Source of the DNA: Candidatus Dojkabacteria bacterium
GTDB lineage: Bacteria; Patescibacteriota; Dojkabacteria; J137
Direction: 5' to 3'
DNA length: 34,085 nucleotides
Assembly (NCBI GenBank): GCA_041750555.1
Contig: JBGSZB010000023.1
Span: 1-34,085 of the forward strand
This document shows positions 33,462-34,085 of the stretch, piece after piece (within the stretch, counting starts at the first letter, position 1; each line of letters begins with the position of its first letter). A program made the position numbers and the translations under genes. Under the pieces are notes generated by a model. That model was not told where the DNA came from. It searched no databases and worked only from the letters and a program-made list of their open reading frames with translations.

Positions 33462-33774
33462 TTATTAAAAATCTAAGTAACTGTATAAAAGGTATTAGTG
33501 GTAATACTGTTAAAAAGCTAGCTATTATTAATAGTGGCACTACTCTTATTCCACTATATATACTTCCAATTACAATCCACCATGGTTTAATTATCATGCT
33601 AAGAGCACGTCCAAAGCTACTACTATCTCTAAATAAGGGGGTGTTAAAATTTTTTACAAATGGTAATGCTCTAGTTTTATTTAAAAAATATATTAAATTA
33701 CCTAACAAGCTTTCTTCAATATATTTTCTAATTACTATTAAATACCACCACTTTAAAAAGTCTAATACAAACAT
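33454..33774 (-). CDS. Small membrane protein translationally coupled to the Clp ATPase
   Basis: FLKWWY N-terminus, hydrophobic C-terminus; overlaps the Clp start by 8 nt. Confidence 0.7.
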   Translation of the reverse strand: MFVLDFLKWWYLIVIRKYIEESLLGNLIYFLNKTRALPFVKNFNTPLFRDSSSFGRALSMIIKPWWIVIGSIYSGIRVVPLLIIASFLTVLPLIPFIQLLRFLING

Positions 33775-33836
33775 ACAAATTTACTTAATTTCTATATTAT
33801 TATCTATATAGTTAATTAAGTCTAGTGTTATGAAGT

Positions 33837-34055
33837 TTAAGATTCTTGAGGTCTTCTACTTTGTACTATTTCTTCTTCACGTTCAGCTATAGTGTCTGGG
33901 TTGAAATTATCATATTTAGAATTTAATAAGGCAATCATTATCTCGGTATCAGTATCTTCAATATCGGGATTACTGATAAATTGAACTATTTCTGCTCTTA
34001 CATTTGGATAGTAAGTGAAAGTACCCCCACCTAAGAAATTCCTAAAATCTTCCAT
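33837..34055 (-). CDS. Hypothetical acidic protein (72 aa)
   Basis: Short ORF with protein-like composition; no motif. Confidence 0.45.
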   Translation of the reverse strand: MEDFRNFLGGGTFTYYPNVRAEIVQFISNPDIEDTDTEIMIALLNSKYDNFNPDTIAEREEEIVQSRRPQES

Positions 34056-34085
34056 TGTTCAAAGCAATGCGGCGACCCCAAAAAA

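Noticed and set aside
9067-33811. Many short antisense or out-of-frame ORFs within polA, ftsH, xer, SpoIID, Clp and others
   Set aside because: Fully nested in well-supported genes, with the Ser/Leu/Phe/Ile-rich composition typical of AT-rich shadow frames.
34062-34085. GC-rich stretch at the window edge
   Set aside because: Too short and truncated to assign as an RNA gene or terminator.

Overview
AT-rich chromosomal window from a bacterium, most likely Patescibacteria/CPR (possibly Dojkabacteria or a Microgenomates-like lineage, inferred from rRNA signatures and gene content). It uses the standard genetic code and almost all genes lie on the minus strand. The left half is core machinery: rpsA (3' end off-window), a class A beta-lactamase-like serine hydrolase, a complete rRNA operon (16S, tRNA-Ile, tRNA-Ala, 23S, 5S), polA, ftsH, elongator and initiator tRNA-Met, a DivIC/FtsB-like gene, a Xer-like recombinase with a dif-like site just upstream, and a rare tRNA-Ile(UAU). 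The right half is a co-oriented envelope cluster: a small membrane protein, a membrane-anchored degenerate Clp ATPase, six tandem VirB2/TrbC-like pilins, a degenerate SMC/YhaN-like membrane coiled-coil protein, a permuted SpoIID-like hydrolase, a PH-domain membrane protein, a PP2C-like/beta-propeller membrane protein, smpB and a VirD4/TraG-like ATPase. The two strongest signals are (1) this candidate host-contact/secretion system and (2) a rewired translation system. The latter shows a GCAA sarcin-ricin loop, recoded H93/H69/h18/h44, an altered and hairpin-occluded anti-Shine-Dalgarno, and seven genes with leaderless-type -10 boxes 5-7 nt before ATG. All family calls and E. coli rRNA numbering were made by eye from recalled consensus; no searches were run.
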